From Eledone cirrhosa (Eukaryota): 64,000 nucleotides of DNA. A model generated the notes under the pieces. The model ran no database searches and was not told the origin of the DNA. It saw only the letters and a program-made list of their open reading frames with translations. Within the stretch, counting starts at the first letter, position 1. Each line of letters opens with the position of its first letter. Position numbers and translations under genes: made by a program. Shown piece after piece: positions 1-15,000 of the stretch. Location of the stretch: assembly GCA_964016885.1 (NCBI GenBank), contig OZ024743.1, forward strand, positions 325,314,001-325,378,000. Direction: 5' to 3'.

Positions 1-3000
1 CCTGTTTAACACCACTACCTGACCGTTAGGCGGTATACTTAATCCATCACCCAGTTTAACACCACCACCTGGTCCTTAGTTTTGTAGACTTAATCCATCA
101 CCCAGTTTAACAGCACCACCTGGTCCTTGGGTGGTAGACTTAATCCAGCACCCAGTTTAACACCACCACCTGGTCCTTAGGTGGTAGACTTAATCCATCA
201 CCCAGTTTAACACCACTACATGACCCTTGGGTGGTAGACTTAATCCATCACCCAGTTTAACCCTACTACCTGATCCTTGGATGGTAGACTTAATCCATCA
301 TCCAGTTTAACACCACTACCTGAACTTTGGGTGGTAAACTTAATCTATCACCCAGTTTAACACCACTACCTGACCCTTCGGTGGTAGACTTAATCCATCA
401 CCCAGTTTAACCCTACTACCTGACCCTTCGATGGTAGACTTAATCCATCATCCAGTTTAACACCACTACCTGATCCTTGGGTGGTAGACTTAATCCATCA
501 CCCAGTTTAACACCACTACCTGACCCTTGAGTGGTAGACTTAATCCATCACCCAGTTTAACACCACTACCTGACTCTTGAGTGTTAGACTTAATCCATCA
601 CCCAGTTTAACACCACCACCTAACCCTTGCATGGTAGACTTAATCCATCACCCAGTTCAACACCACTTCCTGAACCTTGGATGGTAGACTTAATCCATCA
701 CCCAGTTTAACACCACTACCTGGGCCTTAGGTGGTAGACTTAATCCATCACCCAGTTTAACACCACGACCTGGTCCTTGCGTGGTAAACTTAATCCATCA
801 CCAAGTTTAACACCACTACCTGACCCTTGGGTGGTAGACTTAATCCATCACCCAGTTTAACAACACTTCCTGAACCTTGGGTGGTAGACTTAATCCATCA
901 CCCAGTTTAACACCACCACCAGGTCGTTAGGTGGTAGACTTAATCCATCACCCAGTTTAACACCACCACCTGGTCCTTAGGTGGTATGCTTAATCCATCA
1001 CCCAGTCTAACACCACCACCTGGTCCTTAGGTGGTAGACTTAATCCATCACCCTGTTTAACACCATCACCTGGTCCTTGTGTGGTAGACTTAATCCATCA
1101 CCCAATTCAACGCCACCCCCTGGTGATTAGGTGGTAAACTTAATCCATCACCCGGTTTAACCCCACTACCTGAGCCTTGGATGGTGGACTTAATCCATCA
1201 CCCAGTTTAACACCACCACCTGGTCCTTAGGTGGTAGACTTAGTCCATCACCCGGTTTAACCTCACTACCTGAGCCTTGGATGGTAGACTTAATCCATCA
1301 CCCAGTTTAACACCACTACCTGACCCTTAGGTGGTAGACTTAATCCATCACCCAGTTTATCACCACCACCTGGTCCTTAGGTGGTAGACTTAATCCATCA
1401 CCCAGTTTAACACCACTACCTTACACTTGGGTGGTAGATTTAATCCATCACCCAGTTTAACACCACTACCTGACCCTTGGGTGGTAGACTTAATCCATCA
1501 CCCAGTTTCACACCACTACCTGACCCTTGGGTGGTAGACTTAATCCATCACCCAGTTTAACACCACTACCTGACCCTTGGGTGGTAGACTTAATCCATCA
1601 CCCAGTTCAACACCACTACCTGACCCTTGGGTGGTAGACTTAATCCATCACCCAGTTTAACACCACTACCTGACCCTTGGGTGGTAGACTTAATCCATCA
1701 CCCAGATTAACACCACTACCTGACCCTTGGGTGGTAGACTTAATCCATCACCCAGTTCAACACCACCACCTGGTCCTTAGGTGGTAGCCTTAATCCATCA
1801 CCCAGATCAACACCACCGCATGACCTTTGGGTGGTAGAATTAATCCATCACCCAGATGAACACCACTACCTGACCGTTAGGTGGTAGACTTAATCCATCA
1901 GCCGGTTGAACACCACTACCTGACCCTTGAGTGGTAGACTTAATCCATCACCCAGTTCAACACCACCACCTGGACCTTAGGTGGTAGACTTAATCCATCA
2001 CCCAGTTTAACACCACTTCCTGACCCTTGGGCTGTATACTTAATCCATCACCCAGTTCAACAACACCACCTGGGCCTTAGGTGGTAGACTAAATCTATCA
2101 CCCAGTTTAACACCACTACCTGACTCTTGGGTGGTAGACTTAATCCGTTCACCCAGTTTACCACCACTTCCTGACCCTTGGGCGGTATACTTAATCCATC
2201 ACCCAGTTCAACACCACCACCTGGGCCTTAGGTGGTAGACTTAATCCATCACCCAGTTTAACACCACTACCTGACCCTTGGGTGGTAGACTTAATCCATC
2301 ACCCACTTCAACACCACTTCCTGACCCTTGGGTTGTAGACTTAATCCATCACCCAGTTTAACACCACTTCCTGACCCTGGGTGGTAGACTTAATCCATCA
2401 CCCAGTTTAACACCACTACCTGACCCTTAGGTGGTAGACTTAATCATCACCCAGTTTAACACCACCACCTGACCCTTAGGTGGTAGACTTAATCCATCAC
2501 CCAGTTTAACACCACTACCTGACCCTTAGGTGGTAGACTTAATCCATCACCCAGTTTAACACCACCACCTGACCCTTAGGTGGTAGACTTAATCCATCAC
2601 CCAGTTTAACACCACTACCTGACCCTTAGGTGGTAGACTTAATCCATCACCCAGTTTAACACCACTACCTGACCCTTAGGTGGTAGACTTAATCCATCAC
2701 CCAGTTTAACACCACTACCTGACCCTTAGGTGGTAGACTTAATCAATCACCCAGTTTAACACCACTACCTGACCCTTAGGTGGTAGACTTAATCCATCAC
2801 CCAGTTTAACACCACCACCTGACCCTTAGATGGTAGACTTAATCCATCACCCAGTTTAACACCACTACCTGACCCTTAGGTGGTAGACTTAATCCATCAC
2901 CCAGTTTAACACCACCACCTGGTCCTTAGGTGGTAGACTTAATCATCACCCAGTTTAACACCACCACCTGACCCTTAGGTGGTAGACTTAATCCATCACC

Positions 3001-6000
3001 CAGTTTAACACCACCACCTGACCCTTAGATGGTAGACTTCATCCATCACCCAGTTTAACACCACTACCTGACCCTTAGGTGGTAGACTTACTCCATCACC
3101 CAGTTCAAAACCACCACCTGACCCTTAGGTGGTAGACTTACTCCATCACCCAGTTTAACACCACCACCTGGTCCTTAGGTGGTAGACTTCATCCATCACC
3201 CAGTTTAACACCACTACCTGACCCTTAGGTGGTAGACTTACTCCATCACCCAGTTCAAAACCACCACCTGACCCTTAGGTGGTAGACTTACTCCATCACC
3301 CAGTTTAACACCACCACCTGGTCCTTAGGTGGTAGACTTAATCAATCACCCAGTTTAACACCACTACCTGACCCTTAGGTGGTAGACTTACTCCATCACC
3401 CAGTTTAACACCACCACCTGGTCCTTGGGTGGTAGACTTAATCCATCACCCAGTTTAACACCACCACCTGACCCTTAGGTGGTAGACTTAATCCATCACC
3501 CAGTTTAACACCACTACCTGACCCTTAGGTGGTAGACTTACTCCATCACCCAGTTCAAAACCACCACCTGGTCCTTAGGTGGTAGACTTAATCCATCACC
3601 CAGATTAACACCACCACCTGGTCCTTAGGTGGTAGACTTAATCCATCACCCAGTTTAACACCACTACCTGGTCCTTGGGTGGTAGACTTAATCCATCACC
3701 CAGTTCAACACCACCACCTGGTCCATAGGTGGTAGACTTAATCCATCACCCAGTTTAACACCACCACCTGGGCCTTAGGTGATAGACTTAATCCATCACC
3801 CAGTTTAACACCACCACCTGGGCCTTTGGTGGTAGACTCAATCCATCACCCAGTTTAACAACACCACCTGGGCCTTAGGTGGTAGACTTAATCCATCACC
3901 CAGTTTAACACCACTACCTGGGCCTTAGGTGGTAGACTTAATCCATCACCCAGTTTAACACCACCACGTGGTCTTTGGGTGGTAGACTTAATCCATCACC
4001 CAGTTTAACACCACTACCTGAACCTTGGGTGGTAGACTTAATCCATCACCCTGTCTAACACCACCACCTGACCCTTAGGTAGTAGACTTAATCCATCACC
4101 CAGTTTAACACCACCACCTGGTCCTTAGGTTGTAGACTTAATCCATCACCCAGTTTAACACCACTACCTGGGCCATAGGTGGTAGACTTAATCCATCACC
4201 CAGTTTAACACCACTACCCGAACCTTGGGTGGTAGACTTAATCAATCACCCTGTTTAACACCACTACCTGACCGTTAGGTGGTATACTTAATCCATCACC
4301 CAGTTGAACACCACCACCTGGTCCTTAGTTTTGTAGACTTAATCCATCACCCAGTTTAACACCACTACCTGTGCCTTAGGTGGTAGACTTAATCCATCAC
4401 CCAGTTTCACACCACTACATGACCCTTGGGTGGTAGACTTAATCCATCACCCAGTTTAACCCTACTACCTGATCCTTGGATGGTAGACTTAATCCATCAT
4501 CCAGTTTAACACCACTACCTGACCCTTGGGTGGTAGACTTAATCCATCACCCAGTTTAACCCAACTACCTGACCCTTCGATGGTAGACTTAATCCATCAT
4601 CCAGTTTAACACCACTACCTGATCCTTGGGTGGTAGACTTAATCCATCACCCAGTTTAACACCACTACCTGACCCTTGAGTGGTAGACTTAATCCATCAC
4701 CCAGTTTAACACCACTCCCTGACCCTTGAGTGTTAGACTTAACCCATCACCCAGTTTAACACCACCACCTAACCCTTGCATGGTAGACTTAATCCATCAC
4801 CCAGTTCAACACCACTTCCTGAACCTTGGATGGTAGACTTAATCCATCACCCAGTTTAACACCACTACCTGGGCCTTAGGTGGTAGACTTAATCCATCAC
4901 CCAGTTTAACACCACGACCTGGTCCTTACGTGGTAAACTTAATCCATCACCAAGTTTAACACCACTACCTGACCCTTGGGTGGTAGACTTAATCCATCAC
5001 CCAGTTTAACAACACTACCTGAACCATGGGTGGTAGACTTAATCCATCACCCAGTTTAACACCACGACCTGGTCCTTAGGTGGTAGACTTAATCCATCAC
5101 CCAGTTTAACACCACTACCTGACCCTTGGGTGGTAGACTTAATCCGTTCACCCAGTTTAACACCACTACATGGTCCTTATGTGGTAGACTTAATCCATCA
5201 CCAAGTTTAACACAACCACCAGGTCGTTAGGTGGTAGACTTAATCCATCACCCAGTTTAACACCACCACCTGGTCCTTAGGTGGTATGCTTAATCCATCA
5301 CCCAGTTTAACACCACCACCTGGTCCTGAGGTGGTAGACTTAATCCATCACCCTGTTTAACACCATCACCTGGTCCTTGTGTGGTAGACTTAATCCATCA
5401 CCCAGTTCAACGCCAGCACCTGGTGATTAGGTGGTAGACTGAATCCATCACCCGGTTTAACCCCACTACCTGAGCCTTGGATGGTGGACTTAATCCATCA
5501 CCCAGTTTAACACCACCACCTGGTCCTTAGGTGGTAGACTTAGTCCATCAACAGGTTTAACCCCACTACCTGAGCCTTGGATGGTAGACTTAATCCATCA
5601 CCCAGTTTAACACCATCACCTGGTCCTTAGGTGGTAGACTTAATCCATCACCCAGTTTAACACCACCACCTGGGCATTAGGTGGTAGACTTAATCCATCA
5701 CCCAGTTTAACACCACCAGGGCCTTAGGTTGTAGACTTAATCCATCACCCAGTTTAACACCACTACTTGACCTTTGGTGGTAGACTTAATCCATCACCCA
5801 GTTTAACACCACTATCTGACCTTTGGTTGTAGACTTAATCCATCACCCAGTTCAACACCACCACCTGGTCCTTAAGTGGTAGACTTAATCCATCACCCAG
5901 TTTAACACCACTACCTGAACCTTGGGTGGTAGACTTAATCCATCACCCAGTTCAACACCACCACCTGGTCCTTGGGTGGTAGACTTAATCCATCACCCAG

Positions 6001-9000
6001 TTTAACACCACTACCTGACCGTTAGGTGGTATACTTAATCCATCACCCAGTTTAACACCACCACCTGGTCCTTAGTTGGTAGACTTAATCCATCACCCAG
6101 TTCAACACCACAACCTGGGCCTTGGGTGGTAGACTTAATCCATCACCCAGTTTAACACCACTACCTGGGCTTTAGGTGGTAGACTTAATCCATCACCAAG
6201 TTTAACACCACCACCTGGTCCTTGGGTGGTAGCCTTAATCCAGCACCCAGTTTAACACCACCACCTGGTCCTTAGGTGGTAGACTTAATCCATCACCCAG
6301 TTTAACTCCACTACCTGACCCTTGGGTGGTAGACTTAATCAATCACCCAGTTTAACACCACTACCTGAACCTTGGGTGGTAAACTTAATCCATCACCCAG
6401 TTTAACACCACTACCTGACCCTTGAGTGGTAGACTTAATCCATCACCCAGTTTAACACCACCACCTAACCCTTGCATGGTAGACTTAATCCATCACCCAG
6501 TTCAACACCACTTCCTGAACCTTGGGTGGTAGACTTAATCCATCACCCAGTTTAACCCTACTACCTGACCCTTGGATGGTAGACTTAATCCATCACCCAG
6601 TTTAACACCACTACCTGGGCCTTAGGTGGTAGACTTAATCCATCACCCAGTTTAACACCACGACCTGGTCCTTGCGTGGTAGACTTAATCCATCACCAAG
6701 TTTAACACCACTACCTGACCCTTGGGTGGTAGACTTAATCCATCACCCAGTTTAACACCACTACCTGAACCTTGGGTGGTAGACTTAATCCATCACCCAG
6801 TTTAACACCACGACCTGGTCCTTAGGTGGTAGACTTAATCCATCACCCAGTTTAACACAACTACCTGACCCTTGGGTGGTAGACTTAATCCGTCCACCCA
6901 GTTTAACACCACTACCTGGTGCTTATGTGGTAGACTTAATCCATCACCAAGTTTAACACCGCCACCAGGTCCTTAGGTGGTAGACTTAATCCATCACGCA
7001 GTTTAACACCACCACCTGGTCCTTAGGTGGTATACTTAATCCATCACCCAGTTTAACACCACCACCTGGTCCTTAGGTGGTAGACTTAATCCATCACCCA
7101 GTTCAACGCCACCACCTGGTGATTAGGTGGTAGACTTAATCCATCACCCGGTTAAACCCCACTACCTGAGCCTTGGATGGTGGACTTAATCCATCACCCA
7201 GTTTAACACCACCACCTGGTCCTAAGGTGGTAGACTTAATCCATCACCCTGTTTAACACCATCACCTGGTCCTTAGGTGGTAGACTTAATCCATCACCCT
7301 GTTTAACACCATCACATGGTCCTTGTGTGGTAGACTTAATCCATCACCCAGTTTAACACCACCTGGTCCTTAGGTGGTAGACTTAATCCATCACCCAGTT
7401 TAACACCCCTACCTGAACCTTGGGTGGTAGACTTAATCCATCACCCAGTTTAACACCACTACCTGACCCTTGGGTGGTAGACTTAATCCATCACCCAGTT
7501 TAACACCACCACCTGGTCCTTAGGTGGTAGACTTAATCCATCACCAGTTTAATACCACTACCTGACCCTTGGGTGGTAGACTTAATCCATCACCCAGTTT
7601 AACACCACTACCTGACCCTTGAGTGGTAGACTTAATCCATCACCCAGTTTAACACCACTTCCTGAAACTTGGGTGGTAGACTTAATCCATCACCCAGTTT
7701 AACACCACTGCCTGACCCTTGAGTGGTAGACTTAATCCATCACCCAGTTTAACACCACTTCCTGACCCTTGGGTGGTAGACTTAATCCATCACCTAGTTT
7801 AACACCACTTCCTGACCCGTGGGTGGTAGACTTAATCCATCACCCAGTTTAACACCACTTCCTGACCCTTGGGTGGTAGACTTAATCCATCACCCAGTTC
7901 AACACCACTACCTGACCCTTGGGTGGTAGACTTAATCCATCACCCAGTTTAACACCACTTCCTGACCCTTGGGTGGTAGATTTAATCCATCACCCAGTTT
8001 AACACCACTACCTGACCCTTGAGTGGTAGACTTAATACATCACCCAGTTTAACACCACTACCTGACTCTTAGGTGGTAGACTTAATCCGTTCACCCAGTT
8101 CAACACCACCACCTGGGCCTTAGGTGGTAGACTTAATCCATCACCCAGTTTAACACCACTACCTGACCCTTGAGTGGTAGACTTAATCCATCACCCAGTT
8201 TACCACCACTTCCTGACTCTTGGGCGGTATACTTATTCCATCACCCAGTTCAACACCACCACCTGGGCCTTAGGTGGTAGACTTAATCCATCACCCAGTT
8301 TAACACCACTACCTGACCCTTGCGTGGTAGACTTAATCCATCACCCACTTCAACACCACTTCCTGACCCTTGGGTTGTAGACTTAATCCATCACCCAGTT
8401 TAACACCACTTCCTGACCCTGGGTGGTAGACTTAATCCATCACCCAGTTTAACACCACTTCCTGACCCTGGGTGGTAGACTTAATCCATCACCCAGTTTA
8501 ACACCACCACCTGACCCTTAGGTGGTAGACGTAATCCATCACCCAGTTTAACACCACCACCTGACCCTTAGGTGGTATACTTAATCATCACCCAGTTTAA
8601 CACCACCACCTGACCCTTAGGTGGTATACTTAATCCATCACCCAGTTTAACACCACCACCTGACCCTTAGGTGGTAGACTTAATCCATCACCCAGTTTAA
8701 CACCACCACCTGACCCTTAGGTGGTATACTTAATCATCACCCAGTTTAACACCACCACCTGACCCTTAGGTGGTATACTTAATCCATCACCCAGTTTAAC
8801 ACCACCACCTGACCCTTAGGTGGTAGACTTAATCCATCACCCAGTTTAACACCACCACCTGACCCTTAGGTGGTATACTTAATCATCACCCAGTTTAACA
8901 CCACCACCTGGGCCTTAGGTGGTAGACATAATCCATCACCCAGTTTAACACCACCACCTGGTGATTAGGTGGTAGACTTAATCCATCACCCGGTTAAACC

Positions 9001-12000
9001 CCACTACCTGAGCCTTGGATGGTGGACTTAATCCATCACCCAGTTTAACACCACCACCTGGTCCTAAGGTGGTAGACTTAATCCATCACCCTGTTTAACA
9101 CCACCACCTGACCCTTAGGTGGTAGACTTAATCCATCACCCAGTTTAACACCACTACCTGGTCCTTGGGTGGTAGACTTAATCCATCACCCAGTTCAACA
9201 CCACCACCTGGTCCATAGGTGGTAGACTTAATCCATCACCCAGTTTAACACCACCACCTGGGCCTTAGGTGATAGACTTAATCCATCACCCAGTTTAACA
9301 CCACCACCTGGGCCTTAGGTGATAGACTTAATCCATCACCCAGTTTAACACCACCACCTGGGCCTTTGGTGGTAGACTTAATCCATCACCCAGTTTAACA
9401 CCACCACCTGGGCCTTAGGTGATAGACTTAATCCATCACCCAGTTTAACACCACCACCTGGGCCTTTGGTGGTAGACTTAATCCATCACCCAGTTTAACA
9501 CCACCACCTGGGCCTTAGGTGATAGACTTAATCCATCACCCAGTTTAACACCACCACCTGGGCCTTTGGTGGTAGACTTAATCCATCACCCAGTTTAACA
9601 CCACCTCCTGGGCCTTAGGTGGTAGACTTAATCCATCACCCAGTTTAACACCACTACCTGGGCCTTAGGTGGTAGACTTAATCCATCACCCAGTTTAACA
9701 CCACCACGTGGTCTTTGGGTGGTAGACTTAATCCATCACCCAGTTTAACACCACTAACTGAACCTTGGGTGGTAGACTTAATCCATCACCCTGTTTAACA
9801 CCACCACCTGACCCTTAGGTAGTAGACTTAATCCATCACCCAGTTTAACAACACCACCTGGTCCTTAGGTTGTAGACTTAATCCATCACCCAGTTTAACA
9901 CCTCTACCATGTGCCATAGGTGGTAGACTTAATCCATCACCCAGTTTAACACCACTACCCGAACCTTGGGTGGTAGACTTAATCCATCACCCTGTTTAAC
10001 ACCACTACCTGACCGTTAGGTGGTATACTTAATCCATCACCCAGTTTAACACCACCACCTGGTCCTTAGTTTTGTAGACTTAATCCATCACCCAGTTTAA
10101 CGCCACTACCTGGGCCTTAGGTGGTAGACTTAATCCATCACCCAGTTTCACACCACTACATGACCCTTGGGTGGTAGACTTAATCCATCACCCAGTTTAA
10201 CCCTACTACCTGATCCTTGGATGGTAGACTTAATCCATCATCCAGTTTAACACCACTACCTGAACCTTGGGTGGTAAACTTAATCCATCACCCAGGTTAA
10301 CACCACTACCTGACCCTTGGGTGGTAGACTTAATCCATCACCCAGTTTAACCCTACTACCTGACCCTTCGATGGTAGACTTAATCCATCATCCAGTTTAA
10401 CACCACTACCTGATCCTTGGGTGGTAGACTTAATCCATCACCCAGTTTAACACCACTACCTGACCCTTGAGTTGTAGTCTTAATCCATCACCCAGTTTAA
10501 CACCACTACCTGACCCTTGAGTGTTAGACTTAATCCATCACCCAGTTTAACACCACCACCTAACCCTTGCATGGTAGACTTAATCCATCACCCAGTTCAA
10601 CACCACTTCCTGAACCTTGGATGGTAGACTTAATCCATCACCCAGTTTAACACCACTACCTGGGCCTTAGGTGGTAGACTTAATCCATCACCCAGTTTAA
10701 CACCACGACCTGGTCCTTGCGTGGTAAACTTAATCCATCACCAAGTTTAACACCACTACCTGACCTTGGGTGGTAGACTTAATCCATCACCCAGTTCAAC
10801 ACCACTTCCTGAACCTTGGATGGTAGACTTAATCCATCACCCAGTTTAACACCACTACCTGGGCCTTCGGTGGTAGACTTAATCCATCACCCAGTTTAAC
10901 ACCACGACCTGGTCCTTGCGTGGTAAACTTAATCCATCACCAAGTTTAACACCACTACCTGACCCTTGGGTGGTAGACTTAATCCATCACCCAGTTTAAC
11001 AACACCACCTGAACCTTGGGTGGTAGACTTAATCCCTCACCCAGTTTAACACCACGACCTGGTCCTTAGGTGGTAGACTTAATCCATCACCCAGTTTAAC
11101 ACCACTACCTGACCCTTGGGTGGTAGACTTAATCCGTTCACCCAGTTTAACACCACTACATGGTCCTTATGTGGTAGACTTAATCCATCACCAAGTTTAA
11201 CACCACCACCAGGTCGTTAGGTGGTAGACTTAATCCATCACCCAGTTTAACACCACCACCTGGTCCTTAGGTGGTATGCTTAATCCATCACCCAGTTTAA
11301 CACCACCACCTGGTCCTGAGGTGGTAGACTTAATCCATCACCCTGTTTAACACCATCAGCTGGTCCTTGTGTGGTAGACTTAATCCATCACCCAGTTCAA
11401 CGCCAGCACCTGGTGATTAGGTGGTAGACTGAATCCATCACCCGGTTTAACCCCACTACCTGAGCCTTGGATGGTGGACTTAATCCATCACCCAGTTTAA
11501 CACCACCACCTGGTCCTTAGGTGGTAGACTTAGTCCATCACCCGGTTTAACCCCACTACCTGAGCCTTGGATGGTAGACTTAATCCATCACCCAGTTTAA
11601 CACCATCACCTGGTCCTTAGGTGGTAGACTTAATCCATCACCCAGTTTAACACCCCTATCTGAACCTTGGGTGGTAGACTTAAACCATCGCCCAGTTTAA
11701 CACCACTACCTGACCCTTGGGGGGTAGACTTAATCCATCACCCAGTTCAACACCACCACCTGGTCCTTAGGTGGTAGACTTAATCCATCACCCAGTTTAA
11801 CACCACCACCTGGGCCTTAGGTGGTAGACTTAATCCATCACCCAGTTTAACACCACCACCTGGGCCTTAGGTGGTAGACTTAATCCATCACCCAGTTTAA
11901 CACCACTACTTGACCTTTGGTGGTAGACTTAATCCATCACCCAGTTTAACACCACTACCTGACCTTTGGTTGTAGACTTAATCCATCACCCTGTTTAACA

Positions 12001-15000
12001 CCACCACCTGACCCTTAGGTGGTAGACTTAATCCATCACCCAGTTTAACACCACTACCTGGTCCTTGGGTGGTAGACTTAATCCATCACCCAGTTCAACA
12101 CCACCACCTGGTCCATAGGTGGTAGACTTAATCCATCACCCAGTTTAACACCACCACCTGGGCCTTAGGTGATAGACTTAATCCATCACCCAGTTTAACA
12201 CCACCACCTGGGCCTTTGGTGGTAGACTTAATCCATCACCCAGTTTAACACCACCACCTGGGCCTTAGGTGATAGACTTAATCCATCACCCAGTTTAACA
12301 CCACCACCTGGGCCTTTGGTGGTAGACTTAATCCATCACCCAGTTTAACACCACCACCTGGGCCTTAGGTGATAGACTTAATCCATCACCCAGTTTAACA
12401 CCACCACCTGGGCCTTTGGTGGTAGACTTAATCCATCACCCAGTTTAACACCACCACCTGGGCCTTAGGTGATAGACTTAATCCATCACCCAGTTTAACA
12501 CCACCACCTGGGCCTTTGGTGGTAGACTTAATCCATCACCCAGTTTAACACCACCACCTGGGCCTTAGGTGGTAGACTTAATCCATCACCCAGTTTAACA
12601 CCACTACCTGGGCCTTAGGTGGTAGACTTAATCCATCACCCAGTTTAACACCACCACGTGGTCTTTGGGTGGTAGACTTAATCCATCACCCAGTTTAACA
12701 CCACTACCTGAACCTTGGGTGGTAGACTTAATCCATCACCCTGTTTAACACCACCACCTGGTCCTTAGGTTGTAGACTTAATCCATCACCCAGTTTAACA
12801 CCTCTACCATGTGCCATAGGTGGTAGACTTAATCCATCACCCAGTTTAACACCACTACCCGAACCTTGGGTGGTAGACTTAATCCATCACCCTGTTTAAC
12901 ACCACTACCTGACCGTTAGGTGGTATACTTAATCCATCACCCAGTTTAACACCACCACCTGGTCCTTAGTTTTGTAGACTTAATCCATCACCCAGTTTAA
13001 CACCACTACCTGGGCCTTAGGTGGTAGACTTAATCCATCACCCAGTTTCACACCACTACATGACCCTTGGGTGGTAGACTTAATCCATCACCCAGTTTAA
13101 CCCTACTACCTGATCCTTGGATGGTAGACTTAATCCATCATCCAGTTTAACACCACTACCTGAACCTTGGGTGGTAAACTTAATCCATCACCCAGTTTAA
13201 CACCACTACCTGACCCTTGGGTGGTAGACTTAATCCATCACCCAGTTTAACCCTACTACCTGACCCTTCGATGGTAGACTTAATCCATCATCCAGTTTAA
13301 CACCACTACCTGATCCTTGGGTGGTAGACTTAATCCATCACCCAGTTTAACACCACTACCTGACCCTTGAGTTGTAGTCTTAATCCATCACCCAGTTTAA
13401 CACCACTACCTGACCCTTGAGTGTTAGACTTAATCCATCACCCAGTTTAACACCACCACCTAACCCTTGCATGGTAGACTTAATCCATCACCCAGTTCAA
13501 CACCACTTCCTGAACCTTGGATGGTAGACTTAATCCATCACCCAGTTTAACACCACTACCTGGGCCTTAGGTGGTAGACTTAATCCATCACCCAGTTTAA
13601 CACCACGACCTGGTCCTTGCGTGGTAAACTTAATCCATCACCAAGTTTAACACCACTACCTGACCTTGGGTGGTAGACTTAATCCATCACCCAGTTCAAC
13701 ACCACTTCCTGAACCTTGGATGGTAGACTTAATCCATCACCCAGTTTAACACCACTACCTGGGCCTTAGGTGGTAGACTTAATCCATCACCCAGTTTAAC
13801 ACCACGACCTGGTCCTTGCGTGGTAAACTTAATCCATCACCAAGTTTAACACCACTACCTGACCCTTGGGTGGTAGACTTAATCCATCACCCAGTTTAAC
13901 AACACCACCTGAACCTTGGGTGGTAGACTTAATCCATCACCCAGTTTAACACCACGACCTGGTCCTTAGGTGGTAGACTTAATCCATCACCCAGTTTAAC
14001 ACCACTACCTGACCCTTGGGTGGTAGACTTAATCCGTTCACCCAGTTTAACACCACTACATGGTCCTTATGTGGTAGACTTAATCCATCACCAAGTTTAA
14101 CACCACCACCAGGTCGTTAGGTGGTAGACTTAATCCATCACCCAGTTTAACACCACCACCTGGTCCTTAGGTGGTATGCTTAATCCATCACCCAGTTTAA
14201 CACCACCACCTGGTCCTGAGGTGGTAGACTTAATCCATCACCCTGTTTAACACCATCAGCTGGTCCTTGTGTGGTAGACTTAATCCATCACCCAGTTCAA
14301 CGCCAGCACCTGGTGATTAGGTGGTAGACTGAATCCATCACCCGGTTTAACCCCACTACCTGAGCCTTGGATGGTGGACTTAATCCATCACCCAGTTTAA
14401 CACCACCACCTGGTCCTTAGGTGGTAGACTTAGTCCATCACCCGGTTTAACCCCACTACCTGAGCCTTGGATGGTAGACTTAATCCATCACCCAGTTTAA
14501 CACCATCACCTGGTCCTTAGGTGGTAGACTTAATCCATCACCCAGTTTAACACCCCTACCTGAACCTTGGGTGGTAGACTTAAACCATCGCCCAGTTTAA
14601 CACCACTACCTGACCCTTGGGGGGTAGACTTAATCCATCACCCAGTTCAACACCACCACCTGGTCCTTAGGTGGTAGACTTAATCCATCACCCAGTTTAA
14701 CACCACCACCTGGGCCTTAGGTGGTAGACTTAATCCATCACCCAGTTTAACACCACCACCTGGGCCTTAGGTGGTAGACTTAATCCATCACCCAGTTTAA
14801 CACCACTACTTGACCTATGGTGGTAGACTTAATCCATCACCCAGTTTAACACCACTACCTGACCTTTGGTTGTAGACTTAATCCATCACCCAGTTCAACA
14901 CCTCCACCTGGTCCTTAAGTGGTAGACTTAATCCATCACCCAGTTTAACACCACTACCTGAACCTTGGGTGGTAGACTTAATCCATCAACCAGTTCAACA

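Noticed and set aside
8174-8380. 68-aa ORF in the satellite
   Set aside because: Chance loss of stops. A 50-bp period cycles through frames that normally contain TAA or TAG.
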